A DNA stretch of 64,000 nt from an uncultured Clostridia bacterium (GTDB lineage Bacteria; Bacillota; Clostridia; Christensenellales; CAG-917). The position numbers and the translations under genes are program-made. The notes below the pieces were generated by a model, which did no database searches, was not told where the DNA came from, and saw only the letters and a program-made list of their open reading frames with translations. Positions 46,031-56,227 of this stretch are shown here, one piece after another; position 1 is the stretch's first letter; each line of letters starts with the position of its first letter. The stretch covers positions 85,277 through 149,276 of the forward strand of contig CALVTS010000002.1 in assembly GCA_944363035.1 (NCBI GenBank). The letters are read 5' to 3'.

Positions 46031-47989
46031 ATGAAACCTTACGACAGGATGAAAGAGCTCGTGGAGCTTCTCAACAAATATGCCGCCCTCTATTACGAGG
46101 AGGACGCCCCCACCGTTTCCGACGCGGAGTACGACGCTCTCTACGACGAACTTCGCGCTCTGGAAGAGAGCGAGGGATATTCTCTCAAAAATTCTCCCAC
46201 CCACCGAGTGGGAGGCGCGCCGCAGAAAAAGTTCGCGTCTTCGCGGCATCTTCTCAGGTTGTACAGCCTTGACAAGTGCAAGACGGAGGAGGAACTCGCG
46301 GATTGGTGCGCCCGCCTGGTGAGAGCGACGGGCAGGGAGCCCGAACTCACGGCGGAATACAAGTTTGACGGGCTCACCCTCAACATACTCTACGAAAACG
46401 GCGAACTCGTGAAAGCCGCCACACGCGGGGACGGCGTGACGGGGGAGGAAGTCACCGCTCAGGTGCGCACGATCTCGGGCGTACCGCGCAGGATAAGTTA
46501 TAAGGGCAGGATAGAGATACAGGGCGAGGGCATAATGCGCCTCAGCGCCCTCGAAGAGTACAACCGCAACAGCACCGAGCCCCTCAAAAACGCGCGCAAC
46601 GGCGCGGCGGGAGCCATCCGCAATCTGGATCCCGCGGTGACCGCTTCGAGGAATCTTTCCTTCATGGCGTACAACATCGGTTACAGCGACAGGCGTTTTG
46701 CCTCCCAGACGGAGATGCACGCTTTTTTGGAGGAGGAAGGTTTCGAGACGGAAAAGGATATCGCGGTGGTGAAAGGCGCGAAGGAGGCATTCGCTTTCGC
46801 GAACAGAGTGGACGAACTGCGTCCCTCCCTCGATTTTCTCATTGACGGAGTGGTGTTCAAGGTCAACGACACCTCCCTCCGCGAGGAGATAGGGTACACC
46901 GAGAAATTCCCCAAGTGGGCGATGGCGTTCAAATTCAAGGCGGACGAGATGACCACCGTCCTGCGGGACGTGGTGTGGCAGGTGTCAAGGAGCGCGAAGC
47001 TCAACCCTCTTGCCATCCTCGATCCCGTGGATATCGGCGGCGTCACGGTGAAACGCGCCACCCTCAACAATTACGGAGACATCCTGAAAAAGAAGGTGCG
47101 CATAGGCGACCGCGTGTTCATACGCAGGAGCAACGACGTCATCCCGGAGATCACGGGAGTCGCCGAGGAGTCTCCCTCCGCCACGGACATCCCGAAACCG
47201 GAGGTGTGTCCCGCGTGCGGGTCTCCCGTCGCAGAGTCGGGAGCTTTCCTTTACTGCACGGGGGAACATTGCGCGCCGCAGATAGTCTCCTATCTCGACC
47301 ACTTCGCTTCCAAGGATGCGATGGACATCGACGGTTTTTCCGAAAAGACGGCGGAGCAGTTCTACAACGAACTGCACATGACCTCTCCCGTACAGCTCAT
47401 GCGCCTCAAAAAGGAGGACATCGCGTGGCTCGACCGCTTCGGGGACAAAAAGGCGGAAAACCTGATAGCCGCGATCTCCGCGTCCAAGGATACCACCATG
47501 GACAGGCTGGTGTTCGCCCTCGGGATAGACGGAGTGGGCAAGAAGACGGCGAAGGATCTTTCGGCGCGCTTCGGGAACATGGACGCGCTCGCCGCCGCCT
47601 CCGAGGAGGAACTCACCGCCATCCCCGGCATCGGCGAAGTGCTTGCGGACAATATCGTCGCCTATTTTGCCGACGAGGGGAACAAAAAGCTCATCGAGGA
47701 GCTTTTCGAGAGCGGAGTCTCTGTCAAGACTGCCGAGAAGAAGGAGGGCGCGCTCAGCGGCAAACGCGTGGTGCTGACGGGGTCCCTCCCCACTATGAAG
47801 AGAGGGGAAGCCACCGCGCTCATCGAGGAAAACGGCGGGGAGGTCTCATCCTCCGTCTCCAAAAACGTGGACTTCGTGCTCGCGGGAGAAGAGGCGGGCA
47901 GCAAGCTGGACAAGGCTCTGAAACTCGGCATACGCATAATCGACGAAAAGGAATTTCTCGCAATGATAGGCGGGAAGAAGGAGGGCTGA
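46031..47989 (+). CDS. ligA: NAD-dependent DNA ligase
   Basis: Adenylation motif EYKFDGL, Zn-finger CPACGS, C-terminal BRCT. AAGGAG RBS. Confidence 0.95.
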   Translation: MKPYDRMKELVELLNKYAALYYEEDAPTVSDAEYDALYDELRALEESEGYSLKNSPTHRVGGAPQKKFASSRHLLRLYSLDKCKTEEELADWCARLVRATGREPELTAEYKFDGLTLNILYENGELVKAATRGDGVTGEEVTAQVRTISGVPRRISYKGRIEIQGEGIMRLSALEEYNRNSTEPLKNARNGAAGAIRNLDPAVTASRNLSFMAYNIGYSDRRFASQTEMHAFLEEEGFETEKDIAVVKGAKEAFAFANRVDELRPSLDFLIDGVVFKVNDTSLREEIGYTEKFPKWAMAFKFKADEMTTVLRDVVWQVSRSAKLNPLAILDPVDIGGVTVKRATLNNYGDILKKKVRIGDRVFIRRSNDVIPEITGVAEESPSATDIPKPEVCPACGSPVAESGAFLYCTGEHCAPQIVSYLDHFASKDAMDIDGFSEKTAEQFYNELHMTSPVQLMRLKKEDIAWLDRFGDKKAENLIAAISASKDTTMDRLVFALGIDGVGKKTAKDLSARFGNMDALAAASEEELTAIPGIGEVLADNIVAYFADEGNKKLIEELFESGVSVKTAEKKEGALSGKRVVLTGSLPTMKRGEATALIEENGGEVSSSVSKNVDFVLAGEEAGSKLDKALKLGIRIIDEKEFLAMIGGKKEG

Positions 47990-47990
47990 A

Positions 47991-48473
47991 ATGTCCGAAC
48001 AGAGAAGAATGAAACATCCTGCCGATTCCTACACCGAACAGGTGCACATCATCACGCAATCGGACATCAACGGGTTCGACAGGCTCTTCGGAGGCGCGCT
48101 GATGTCATGGATAGACATTCTGGCGGCGGTGGTCGCGAGGAGGCACTCCGAACGCAACGTGACCACCGTTTTCGTGGACACGCTGGAATTCCGCGCTCCC
48201 GCGCGCGTCAACGACACCATCTATATGACGGGCAAGCTCACTCATGTCGGAAAGACCTCCATGGAAGTGTGCGTGCGCACCTTCGTGGAGGAGCTTTCGG
48301 GGGAGAGGAAACTCATCAACGTGGCATATCTCATCCTCGTCGCTCTGGACGAAAACGAAGCTCCGACGGAGGTCCCCGCGCTCATTCCCGTCACCGAGAC
48401 GGAACTCGAAGATTGGAAAGCGGGCGAAAGACGGCGCGCGCTGAGGAAGACGAGACAAAGCGAGAAATTCTGA
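47991..48473 (+). CDS. acyl-CoA thioesterase (hotdog fold, YciA-like)
   Basis: 160 aa. GGALMSWIDILAAVVA and GKTSMEV motifs. Confidence 0.8.
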   Translation: MSEQRRMKHPADSYTEQVHIITQSDINGFDRLFGGALMSWIDILAAVVARRHSERNVTTVFVDTLEFRAPARVNDTIYMTGKLTHVGKTSMEVCVRTFVEELSGERKLINVAYLILVALDENEAPTEVPALIPVTETELEDWKAGERRRALRKTRQSEKF

Positions 48474-48574
48474 ATAGCGTCTGGCATAATTTTGAGGAAC
48501 GCGTCCCGAAAACTCTTGCGGGTGCGTTTTCATTTGTGATATACTGATTAAAATTATATCGGGCGGGTGCGTAT

Positions 48575-49450
48575 ATGCGCAGTATGACAGGCTACGGCAA
48601 GGGCTCGGCGGAGGCGGACGGACGTACCGTCACCGTGGAGATAAAGACCGTCAATCACAAGTTCTTCGATTGGAGCATGAAGATGCCCAAGGGTTTTCTT
48701 TTCGCAGAGGAGGACGCCAAGCGCGCCACGGCGGCAAGGGTGTCGCGCGGACACGCGGACGTGTTCATCTCCTACGAACAGCAGGAGGCGGAGAGCGCGG
48801 AATACAGGACGGACGTGAGACTTGCGGCAAAGTACGTTGCCGCCGTCAAAGAACTTGCGGATGCCGTGGCAGTGCAGTACGACCTCGGCGCGTACGCGCT
48901 TGCGAAAAACCCCGACATCCTCTCTCTCGAGACTGTCAAAGCGGATGATGAAGTGCTGAGAAAACTTCTTCTCGAAGCGTTGGACGGCGCGCTTGACGGG
49001 CTCGTCTCCATGCGCGAAAGAGAGGGCGCGGCTTTGAGGGCGGACATCTCCTCCAAGCTGGACAGCATCGCCGCCTCCGTCGCGAGGGTGGAAAAGCTCG
49101 CTCCCGACGTGGTGGAGGAATACCGCAAAAAGCTCACCGCACGCATAACCGAGGCTCTGGGGAGCGGCGTCGCCGATATGGCGAGAGTCGCGACAGAGGT
49201 CGCCCTCTTTGCCGATAAATGCGCCGTGGATGAGGAGATAAGCCGTTTGAAAGCGCACGTAGCCGCGATGCGCGGATATTTGGAGGCGGATGGTCCCGTG
49301 GGCAGGAAGCTGGATTTCCTCGTCCAGGAGATGAACAGAGAGGCGAACACCATAGGTTCCAAAGCCAACGACCTCCGCATCACCGAAGAGGTGCTCGGGC
49401 TCAAAAACGACATCGAAAAGATACGCGAACAGGCGCAGAACGTGGAATAA
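48575..49450 (+). CDS. yicC: YicC family stress-induced protein
   Basis: MRSMTGYGKG N-terminus and C-terminal LVQEMNREANTIGSKAND motif. Confidence 0.9.
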   Translation: MRSMTGYGKGSAEADGRTVTVEIKTVNHKFFDWSMKMPKGFLFAEEDAKRATAARVSRGHADVFISYEQQEAESAEYRTDVRLAAKYVAAVKELADAVAVQYDLGAYALAKNPDILSLETVKADDEVLRKLLLEALDGALDGLVSMREREGAALRADISSKLDSIAASVARVEKLAPDVVEEYRKKLTARITEALGSGVADMARVATEVALFADKCAVDEEISRLKAHVAAMRGYLEADGPVGRKLDFLVQEMNREANTIGSKANDLRITEEVLGLKNDIEKIREQAQNVE

Positions 49451-49451
49451 T

Positions 49452-50060
49452 ATGCAAAGAAAAGGTCTTTTGGTCGTCATATCGGGATTCAGCGGCGTGG
49501 GCAAAGGCACCGTGATACAGATGGTGCTGGACGAGCTCCCCACTCTTAGGTTTTCCATATCCTGCACAACGCGCGCGCCGAGAGCGGGGGAAGAAGACGG
49601 CGTGAACTACTACTTCCTCACCGAAGAGGAATTTGAAAAAAAGATCGCCGAGGGCGCGTTTGTGGAGTACACCCGCACCTTCACCAACTATTACGGCACT
49701 CTGAAAAGCGAGATAGACAACCCCATCGCCGCGGGCGTGGACATTTTGCTGGAACTCAACGTGGTGGGCGCGAAGAATCTCAAAAGACTCTATCCCGACT
49801 GCGTGACGATATTCGTCCAGCCGCCGTCCATAGAAGCCCTCAAAGCCAGGCTCATAGGCAGAGGTTCGGAGACTCCGGAAAGCCTCGAACGTCGCCTGAA
49901 AGAGATAGAGACCGAGAGCAAGGACATACCCTCATACGACTATGTGGTCACCAACACCGTGGCAAGGAATTGCGCGGACGAGATCGTCGCCATCATAAAG
50001 AGCGAACATCTGCGCACCGACCGCGGTAGCACTAAAAATCTATTCCCTACGGAGGACTGA
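49452..50060 (+). CDS. gmk: guanylate kinase
   Basis: P-loop SGFSGVGKGTV and TTRAPRAGEEDGVNYYF motif. Confidence 0.93.
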   Translation: MQRKGLLVVISGFSGVGKGTVIQMVLDELPTLRFSISCTTRAPRAGEEDGVNYYFLTEEEFEKKIAEGAFVEYTRTFTNYYGTLKSEIDNPIAAGVDILLELNVVGAKNLKRLYPDCVTIFVQPPSIEALKARLIGRGSETPESLERRLKEIETESKDIPSYDYVVTNTVARNCADEIVAIIKSEHLRTDRGSTKNLFPTED

Positions 50061-50064
50061 AATT

Positions 50065-50259
50065 ATGATGATCGACCCCCCGATCGACAAACTCATCCAA
50101 AAGGCGGAATGCCGCTATGCGCTCGCGTGCGCGGTCGCGAAACGTACCCGCGAGCTGCTCACGAGCGACAACGCCTATCTTGCCAACAGCGGTGAAAAGC
50201 CCGTGACTCTTGCCTGCAAGGAGATATACGAAGGCAAGATCAAGATCGTCCGCGACTGA
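50065..50259 (+). CDS. rpoZ: DNA-directed RNA polymerase subunit omega
   Basis: 64 aa. Position between gmk and coaBC. RYALACAVAKRTREL motif. Confidence 0.85.
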   Translation: MMIDPPIDKLIQKAECRYALACAVAKRTRELLTSDNAYLANSGEKPVTLACKEIYEGKIKIVRD

Positions 50260-51452
50260 TGCTTTACGGAAAGAGCGTAGTCCTGGGCGTGAGCGGAGGC
50301 ATCGCCGCTTACAAGAGCTGCGAACTTGTTTCCGCTCTCAAAAAACTCGGCGCCGAAGTGGACGTCATCATGACTGCCAACGCCGAGGAGTTCGTCACGC
50401 CTCTCACCTTCGAGACCCTCTCCAACCGCAAGGTCGTGCGCGGCACTTTCGACGAGAGGGAGGAACATGACGTCAAACACGTTTCCCTCGCAAAAAAGGC
50501 GGATGTTTTCGTGGTCGCGCCCGCAACGGCGAACGTGATCGCAAAATTCGCGCAGGGCATAGCGGACGATATGCTGTCCACCACATGGCTTGCTTGCGCC
50601 GCTCCCAAGGTGATAGCCCCCGCGATGAACACCGCCATGTACGAGAACGCCGCCACGCAGGAGAACATCCGCATCCTCACCGAAAGGGGAGTGCGTTTCG
50701 TCAGTCCCGCCGTGGGACGCCTCGCGTGCGGAGACGTGGGCAAGGGCAAGATGGCGGAGCCTCGGGACATCCTGGATCTCATCCTCGACATACTTCGTCC
50801 CAGGCGGGACCTCGAGGGCAAGACCGTGCTCGTCACAGCGGGCGCCACGGAGGAATATATCGACGGCGTGCGCGTCATCACCAACCATTCCAGCGGAAAG
50901 ATGGGGTGCGCCATAGCCGAAGCCGCCGCCGAAAGGGGAGCTAAAGTCATCCTCGTGCACGGCAACATGAGCGTGCCCGTCCCCTCCGGCGTGATGAAGA
51001 GCGTGAGAGTGCGCTCCACCGAAGATATGCTTTCCGCCGTGCTCGGCGAGGAAGGGGAGGCGGATGTGTTCATCATGTCGGCGGCTCCCTCCGATTACAA
51101 ACTCAAAAAGACTTTTTCTTCCAAGATAAAGAGCGAAACCCTCACCCTGGAATTTGTCAAGAATCCCGATATCGCAAAGGAGATAGGGAGGATAAAGGGG
51201 GAGAGGAAACTCGTGGTGTTTTCCGCAGAAACGGAGGATCTCATCAAAAACGCGAAAAAAAAGTTGGCTTCCAAAAACGCGGACTTCGCCGTGGCGAACG
51301 ACGTCACAAAGAAGGGCGCGGGATTTTTTGTGGATACCAACATCGCTTCCCTCGTCGGCAGGAACGGCGAGGTGAAGGAGCTCGGGCTCATGACCAAGCG
51401 GGAGCTTGCCGACGTCATCCTGGACGCGGTGGTGAGCGGATATGGTGCTTGA
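50259..51452 (+). CDS. coaBC: bifunctional phosphopantothenoylcysteine decarboxylase / phosphopantothenate--cysteine ligase
   Basis: N-terminal flavoprotein domain (GVSGGIAAYK) and C-terminal CoaB domain (ITNHSSGKMG). Confidence 0.93.
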   Translation: MLYGKSVVLGVSGGIAAYKSCELVSALKKLGAEVDVIMTANAEEFVTPLTFETLSNRKVVRGTFDEREEHDVKHVSLAKKADVFVVAPATANVIAKFAQGIADDMLSTTWLACAAPKVIAPAMNTAMYENAATQENIRILTERGVRFVSPAVGRLACGDVGKGKMAEPRDILDLILDILRPRRDLEGKTVLVTAGATEEYIDGVRVITNHSSGKMGCAIAEAAAERGAKVILVHGNMSVPVPSGVMKSVRVRSTEDMLSAVLGEEGEADVFIMSAAPSDYKLKKTFSSKIKSETLTLEFVKNPDIAKEIGRIKGERKLVVFSAETEDLIKNAKKKLASKNADFAVANDVTKKGAGFFVDTNIASLVGRNGEVKELGLMTKRELADVILDAVVSGYGA

Positions 51453-53604
51453 AGTCATCGTCGATATCTCCACCGCCGAGATAGACCGTCCCTTCGATTA
51501 CGAGGGGGAGGATGTGCCTCTCGGCAGTCGAGTCGCGGTAAGTTTCGCAGGGCGGAACGCGGTGGGATTCGTCATAGGCAAAAAGCTCTCCTCAGATTTT
51601 CCCGAACTCAAACGCGCGAAATATCTCGACACCCCCATAAGCGAGGAACAGCTTGCGCTCATGAACGCTATGAGGGAGAAATACAACCTCCGCCACATCG
51701 ACGTGCTGAGACTGTTCGTGCCCTCCAAACTGCGGGAGGAAAGAGACCCCGAATACAAGCGCATCTTCCTCACGGCGGCGGAGGTCGAGAATGCGGAAGA
51801 GACCTTAAAGCGCGCTCCTAGACAGCGCGAAGCCCTCGAATATCTTCTGAAGAGCGGCGGGGAGTATCTCTCTGCGCTGTCCGAAAGGTTCGGCGCGGGC
51901 GCGGTGAACGGGCTCAGAGAAAAGGGGCTGGTCTCGGAGAGTTCCGTGCACGAGAGCAAAGTCCCCCTTTCGGAGCTCTCGGGACGGAAGAAGCAGGTCG
52001 CGCTCACCGAGGATCAGCAAGAGGCGGTGAGACGCATCACTTCCGAAAAGGGGGTGTTCCTGTTGCACGGCGTGACGGGGAGCGGCAAGACGGAAGTGTA
52101 TATGTCCGTCATCGAAAGGATGTTGGAGAGGGGGAAAACGGCGATAATGCTCGTCCCCGAGATCGCTCTCACTCCGCAGATACTGGGCATCTTCCGCGCA
52201 CGCTTCGGGGACCTTGTCGCGCTCATGCACTCCGGGCTAAACGCGGGGGAGAGATATGACGAATGGAAGCGCCTGAAAGACGGAGAGGCAAGGATAGCGG
52301 TGGGACCGCGTTCCGCCGTATTCGCGCCTCTTTCGGACATCGGCGTCATCATAATCGACGAGGAGCACGACTCGAGCTACGTCAGCGAATCCAACCCCCG
52401 TTACGATACCAAGGAGGTTGCCAAACTTCGTGCGGCGGCGTGCGGGGCGGCGCTGGTGCTGGGCTCTGCGACTCCCGCCATGGAGAGCTATCTCAACGCC
52501 ACGGAGGGGAAATATCACCTCATCAGCCTGAAAAAGCGCATCGCGGCGTACCCTCTCCCCGAGATGGAGATAGTGGACATGGTCACGGAGTTCCGCTACG
52601 GCAACCGATCCCTGTTTTCGGCGGCGTTGCGGGACGGGATAGGCGCGGCTCTTTCGAGAAAGGAGCAGGTGATACTCTTCCTCAATCGCCGGGGTTTCGC
52701 GTCCTTTGTGATGTGCAAAGCCTGCGGTTGGGTGGCAAAATGCGAGGACTGCGACGTGTCTTTGACCTATCACAAGGGGGAGAACGTCCTGAAATGTCAT
52801 TGTTGCGGCAAGCGGTATCACGCTCTGTCAAAGTGCCCCATGTGCGGGAGCACCGAGATAAAGCAGGGCAAGACGGGCACCGAAAAGGTGGAAGAGGAGC
52901 TCAAAGCGCTCTTCCCCGACGTGCGCGTCCTGCGCATGGACAACGACACCACCTCCCGCAAGGACAGCTACTTCCGCATCCTCAACGACTTTTCATCCGG
53001 GGGCGCGGACGTACTTGTGGGCACTCAGATGATAGCCAAGGGACATGATTTCCCGAACGTCACCCTGGTGGGCATACTGGAAGCGGATTCCGCGCTGTAT
53101 TTCAGCGACTACCGCTCCTCGGAGCGCACCTTCCAGCTCATCACACAGGTGGCGGGCAGAGCGGGCAGAGCGGACAAAAAGGGGAGGGTCATACTTCAAA
53201 CCTATTCCCCCCGTCACTATGTCTTCCGCTTTGGCAGGACCTACGATTACGAGGGTTTCTGGCGCAAGGAGATAAACACCCGCATGGTGACCAAGTTCCC
53301 TCCTTTCACCAAAGTCGTGCGCGTGCTCGTGGCGGCGGAGGAGGAACAGGCGGCGGTGGACTGCACCCGCAGTATCTACCGCGCGATGCTGGAAGCCGAG
53401 CGCAGGACCGAAAAATTCGTGTATCTCGGCGCGGCGCGCTCTCCCGTCACGCGTATGCACGGGCTCACGCGATATCAGGTGCTCATGCGCCTTACCCCCG
53501 AGCTTTACGAGAAACTGATACCGGAGATATACCGTCTGACGGCAGAATACAAACCGAAAAAAGGGAGCTGCTTTGCGGAGACAGACCCGCAGAGTCTGAT
53601 ATGA
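51442..53604 (+). CDS. priA: primosomal protein N' (replication restart helicase PriA)
   Basis: Walker A GVTGSGKTEVY, DEEHD, Cys-rich zinc region CKACG...CEDC...CHCCG...CPMCG. Confidence 0.95.
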   Translation: MVLEVIVDISTAEIDRPFDYEGEDVPLGSRVAVSFAGRNAVGFVIGKKLSSDFPELKRAKYLDTPISEEQLALMNAMREKYNLRHIDVLRLFVPSKLREERDPEYKRIFLTAAEVENAEETLKRAPRQREALEYLLKSGGEYLSALSERFGAGAVNGLREKGLVSESSVHESKVPLSELSGRKKQVALTEDQQEAVRRITSEKGVFLLHGVTGSGKTEVYMSVIERMLERGKTAIMLVPEIALTPQILGIFRARFGDLVALMHSGLNAGERYDEWKRLKDGEARIAVGPRSAVFAPLSDIGVIIIDEEHDSSYVSESNPRYDTKEVAKLRAAACGAALVLGSATPAMESYLNATEGKYHLISLKKRIAAYPLPEMEIVDMVTEFRYGNRSLFSAALRDGIGAALSRKEQVILFLNRRGFASFVMCKACGWVAKCEDCDVSLTYHKGENVLKCHCCGKRYHALSKCPMCGSTEIKQGKTGTEKVEEELKALFPDVRVLRMDNDTTSRKDSYFRILNDFSSGGADVLVGTQMIAKGHDFPNVTLVGILEADSALYFSDYRSSERTFQLITQVAGRAGRADKKGRVILQTYSPRHYVFRFGRTYDYEGFWRKEINTRMVTKFPPFTKVVRVLVAAEEEQAAVDCTRSIYRAMLEAERRTEKFVYLGAARSPVTRMHGLTRYQVLMRLTPELYEKLIPEIYRLTAEYKPKKGSCFAETDPQSLI

Positions 53605-53607
53605 TAT

Positions 53608-54060
53608 ATGGCTAAACGAATGATACTTCAATCCTCCGATCCCATCCTCTTCAAGAAGTGCCGTCCCGTGGAGGCGTTCGACGAAAAACTCCACACCCTC
53701 CTCGACGACATGAAGGAGACCCTCACGGACGCCGACGGCGCGGGGCTCGCCGCTCCGCAGGTCGCGGTGTTGAAACGCGTGTGCGTGGTCATGACCGACG
53801 ACGGCTATTTCGAGCTGGTCAATCCCGAGGTGAGATCCGCCTCCGGGGAGCAGACGGGCATCGAGGGGTGCCTCTCCGTCAAAGGAAAGTACGGCACCGT
53901 CACCCGCGCGGAGAAACTCACCGTGACTGCGTATGACAGATACGGCAAAAAGAAGAAATACAAGGTGGAGGGGTTCACTGCGCGCGCTTTCCAGCACGAG
54001 ATGGATCACCTCGACGGCATACTCTATACATCCAAGTGCAAGGATCTCAAAGACGAATGA
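53608..54060 (+). CDS. def: peptide deformylase
   Basis: GAGLAAPQ, EGCLS and HEMDHL motifs. Confidence 0.95.
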   Translation: MAKRMILQSSDPILFKKCRPVEAFDEKLHTLLDDMKETLTDADGAGLAAPQVAVLKRVCVVMTDDGYFELVNPEVRSASGEQTGIEGCLSVKGKYGTVTRAEKLTVTAYDRYGKKKKYKVEGFTARAFQHEMDHLDGILYTSKCKDLKDE

Positions 54061-54986
54061 GCAAGCTGAGACTCATCTTCATGGGGACCCCCGATTTTTC
54101 GGCGGTAGTGCTCGAAAAACTGGCGTCCCGTCATTCCGTCCTCGCCGTTGTCACGGGGAAAGATAAACCCGTCGGCAGAGGATACGAACTCCGTCCCTCC
54201 CCCCTCAAAGTCAAGGCGGAGGAACTCGGCATCCCCGTGCTTCAATTCGACAAGGTCTCTTCGGAAGGGTACGACGCAATAGCCGCTCTCAGACCGGACC
54301 TCGGCGTCACAGCCGCTTTCGGGCAGATACTCTCTGAAAGATTCCTTTCCCTCTTTCCCCTCGGCGTCATAAACGTGCACGCGTCCCTCCTCCCGCGTTA
54401 CCGCGGCGCGTCCCCGATACAGTGGGCGGTGCTCAACGGAGATTCTGAGACGGGCGTCACGATAATGCGCACGGTAAAGGAGGTGGACGCGGGGGATATC
54501 CTCCTGCAAGTCCGCACCCCCATCGGCGAGAGGGAGACGGCGGGAGAGCTCTTCGACAGGCTCGCCGTGCTCGGAGGAGAGGCTCTTTCGGAGGCGGTGG
54601 AGATGATCGAGGAGGGCAGAGCTGTCTATACTCCCCAGGATCCCGCCCTCGCCACGCATTGCGGCATGATAACAAAAGGGGAGGGCAGGATAGACCTCTC
54701 CCGCACCGCCCGCGAACTGGACTGTTTCGTGAGAGGCATGACGCCGTGGCCCTCCGCGTGGTGCGAGTCGGAAGGGAAGCGCATAAAAGTTCTTGAACTT
54801 TCTCCCGCCGAGGGACGCGGAGAGGCGGGCAGGGTGCTTTCGGCGTCTCCCGCCACCGGACTCATCGTCGCCTGCGGTGACGGCGCGGTGCGCTTCTCGG
54901 TCATACAGCCCGAGGGCAGACCTTGCATGAGCGATACGGCTTTCCTCGCGGGACACAGGATAGCCCAAGGAGCCCTGATATCATGA
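54057..54986 (+). CDS. fmt: methionyl-tRNA formyltransferase
   Basis: IFMGTPDFS N-terminus and HASLLPRYRGASPIQ motif. ATG overlaps the def stop. Confidence 0.95.
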   Translation: MSKLRLIFMGTPDFSAVVLEKLASRHSVLAVVTGKDKPVGRGYELRPSPLKVKAEELGIPVLQFDKVSSEGYDAIAALRPDLGVTAAFGQILSERFLSLFPLGVINVHASLLPRYRGASPIQWAVLNGDSETGVTIMRTVKEVDAGDILLQVRTPIGERETAGELFDRLAVLGGEALSEAVEMIEEGRAVYTPQDPALATHCGMITKGEGRIDLSRTARELDCFVRGMTPWPSAWCESEGKRIKVLELSPAEGRGEAGRVLSASPATGLIVACGDGAVRFSVIQPEGRPCMSDTAFLAGHRIAQGALIS

Positions 54987-56227
54987 AAGAACACATCCTT
55001 TCCGCCCTTAAACTGCTTTCCGAAATATACCGCGACCGCACCTACGCCGACAGAGTGTTCGACGGCGAGAGCGCGAGCGCGCTTTCGGAAAGACTGGTGT
55101 TCGGCGTCCTGGAAAGGGGGACTGAGATAGATTACATCCTCTCACGTCTTGTGGGGAAACGACCCAAAAAGCAGGTCGAGACTTTGCTCAAAATAGGCGT
55201 TTACGCCTTGCTTTATATCGACAATATCCCCGACTACGCGATAGTCAGCGAATGCGTGGAAGCCGCTCGCTCCATAGGCAAGGAGGGAGCTTGCGGTTTT
55301 ATCAACGCGGTGTTGAAAAGGGTAGCGCGGCGGGAATACGTCCTGCCCGCTCCCTCCGACGAGAACTATCTTTCCGTCCACTATTCTGTCCCCGAATGGT
55401 TCGCGCGCAGACTTGTAGAGGAATACGGCAGACAGCGCGCCGAAAGCGTTCTCGAAGACAAGGGGACGGAGTGCGTGCATCTCAGGGTGAATACACGCAT
55501 CTCTTCGAACGACGCCGTAAAGAAGCTGTTGGACGCGCACGCGCAGGAGTATGTCCCTAGTGCGGCGGGAGGATATCTCACACGAGTGACGCCTCTTGTC
55601 AAAACCCTCTTCGCCGAGGGGGTGGTGACCTATCAGTCCCCATCCTCCATGCTCGCGGTGCAGGGGCTCGCGCCAGGCGGCAGGACTGAGATATTGGACC
55701 TGTGTTCCGCGCCGGGAGGAAAGGCGGTGTATGCCTCCGAGCTCGCGCCCGCCGCGACCGTCACGGCGTGCGACGTACATCCCCACCGCATCGAGCTCAT
55801 CAAAAAGTACGCGTCCAGAATGCACGCCGACAACGTACGTCCCGTGCTGTCCGACGCCACCGTGTTCGAGCCGCGCTTCGAGGAGAGGTTCGACTTTGTC
55901 ATGGCGGACGTGCCTTGCACCTGTTTCGGCACCTACAAAAAGCATCCCGACGTATTCTTACAGCGCGGTGAGGAGGCGATAGCGAAACTCGCCGCCACGC
56001 AAAAGCGGATACTCGACAACGCCGTGCGCTATCTCAAAAAGGGAGGTGTGTTGATGTACTCCACCTGCACCCTCTTTTCGGAGGAGAACGAGCGCAATGC
56101 GGAATATGCGGCAAGCCTCGGGCTCACCCTCAAAAGACTTCCTTTGCCTTACGAAAATGACGGAAGGTTGCAACTCCTGCCCAAAGGAGAGTGGGACGGA
56201 TTCTTCATCGCGAGGTTTGAAAAATGA
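54983..56227 (+). CDS. rsmB: 16S rRNA (cytosine967-C5)-methyltransferase
   Basis: NusB-like N-domain, SAM motif DLCSAPGGK, catalytic region VPCTCFG/YSTCT. Confidence 0.9.
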   Translation: MKEHILSALKLLSEIYRDRTYADRVFDGESASALSERLVFGVLERGTEIDYILSRLVGKRPKKQVETLLKIGVYALLYIDNIPDYAIVSECVEAARSIGKEGACGFINAVLKRVARREYVLPAPSDENYLSVHYSVPEWFARRLVEEYGRQRAESVLEDKGTECVHLRVNTRISSNDAVKKLLDAHAQEYVPSAAGGYLTRVTPLVKTLFAEGVVTYQSPSSMLAVQGLAPGGRTEILDLCSAPGGKAVYASELAPAATVTACDVHPHRIELIKKYASRMHADNVRPVLSDATVFEPRFEERFDFVMADVPCTCFGTYKKHPDVFLQRGEEAIAKLAATQKRILDNAVRYLKKGGVLMYSTCTLFSEENERNAEYAASLGLTLKRLPLPYENDGRLQLLPKGEWDGFFIARFEK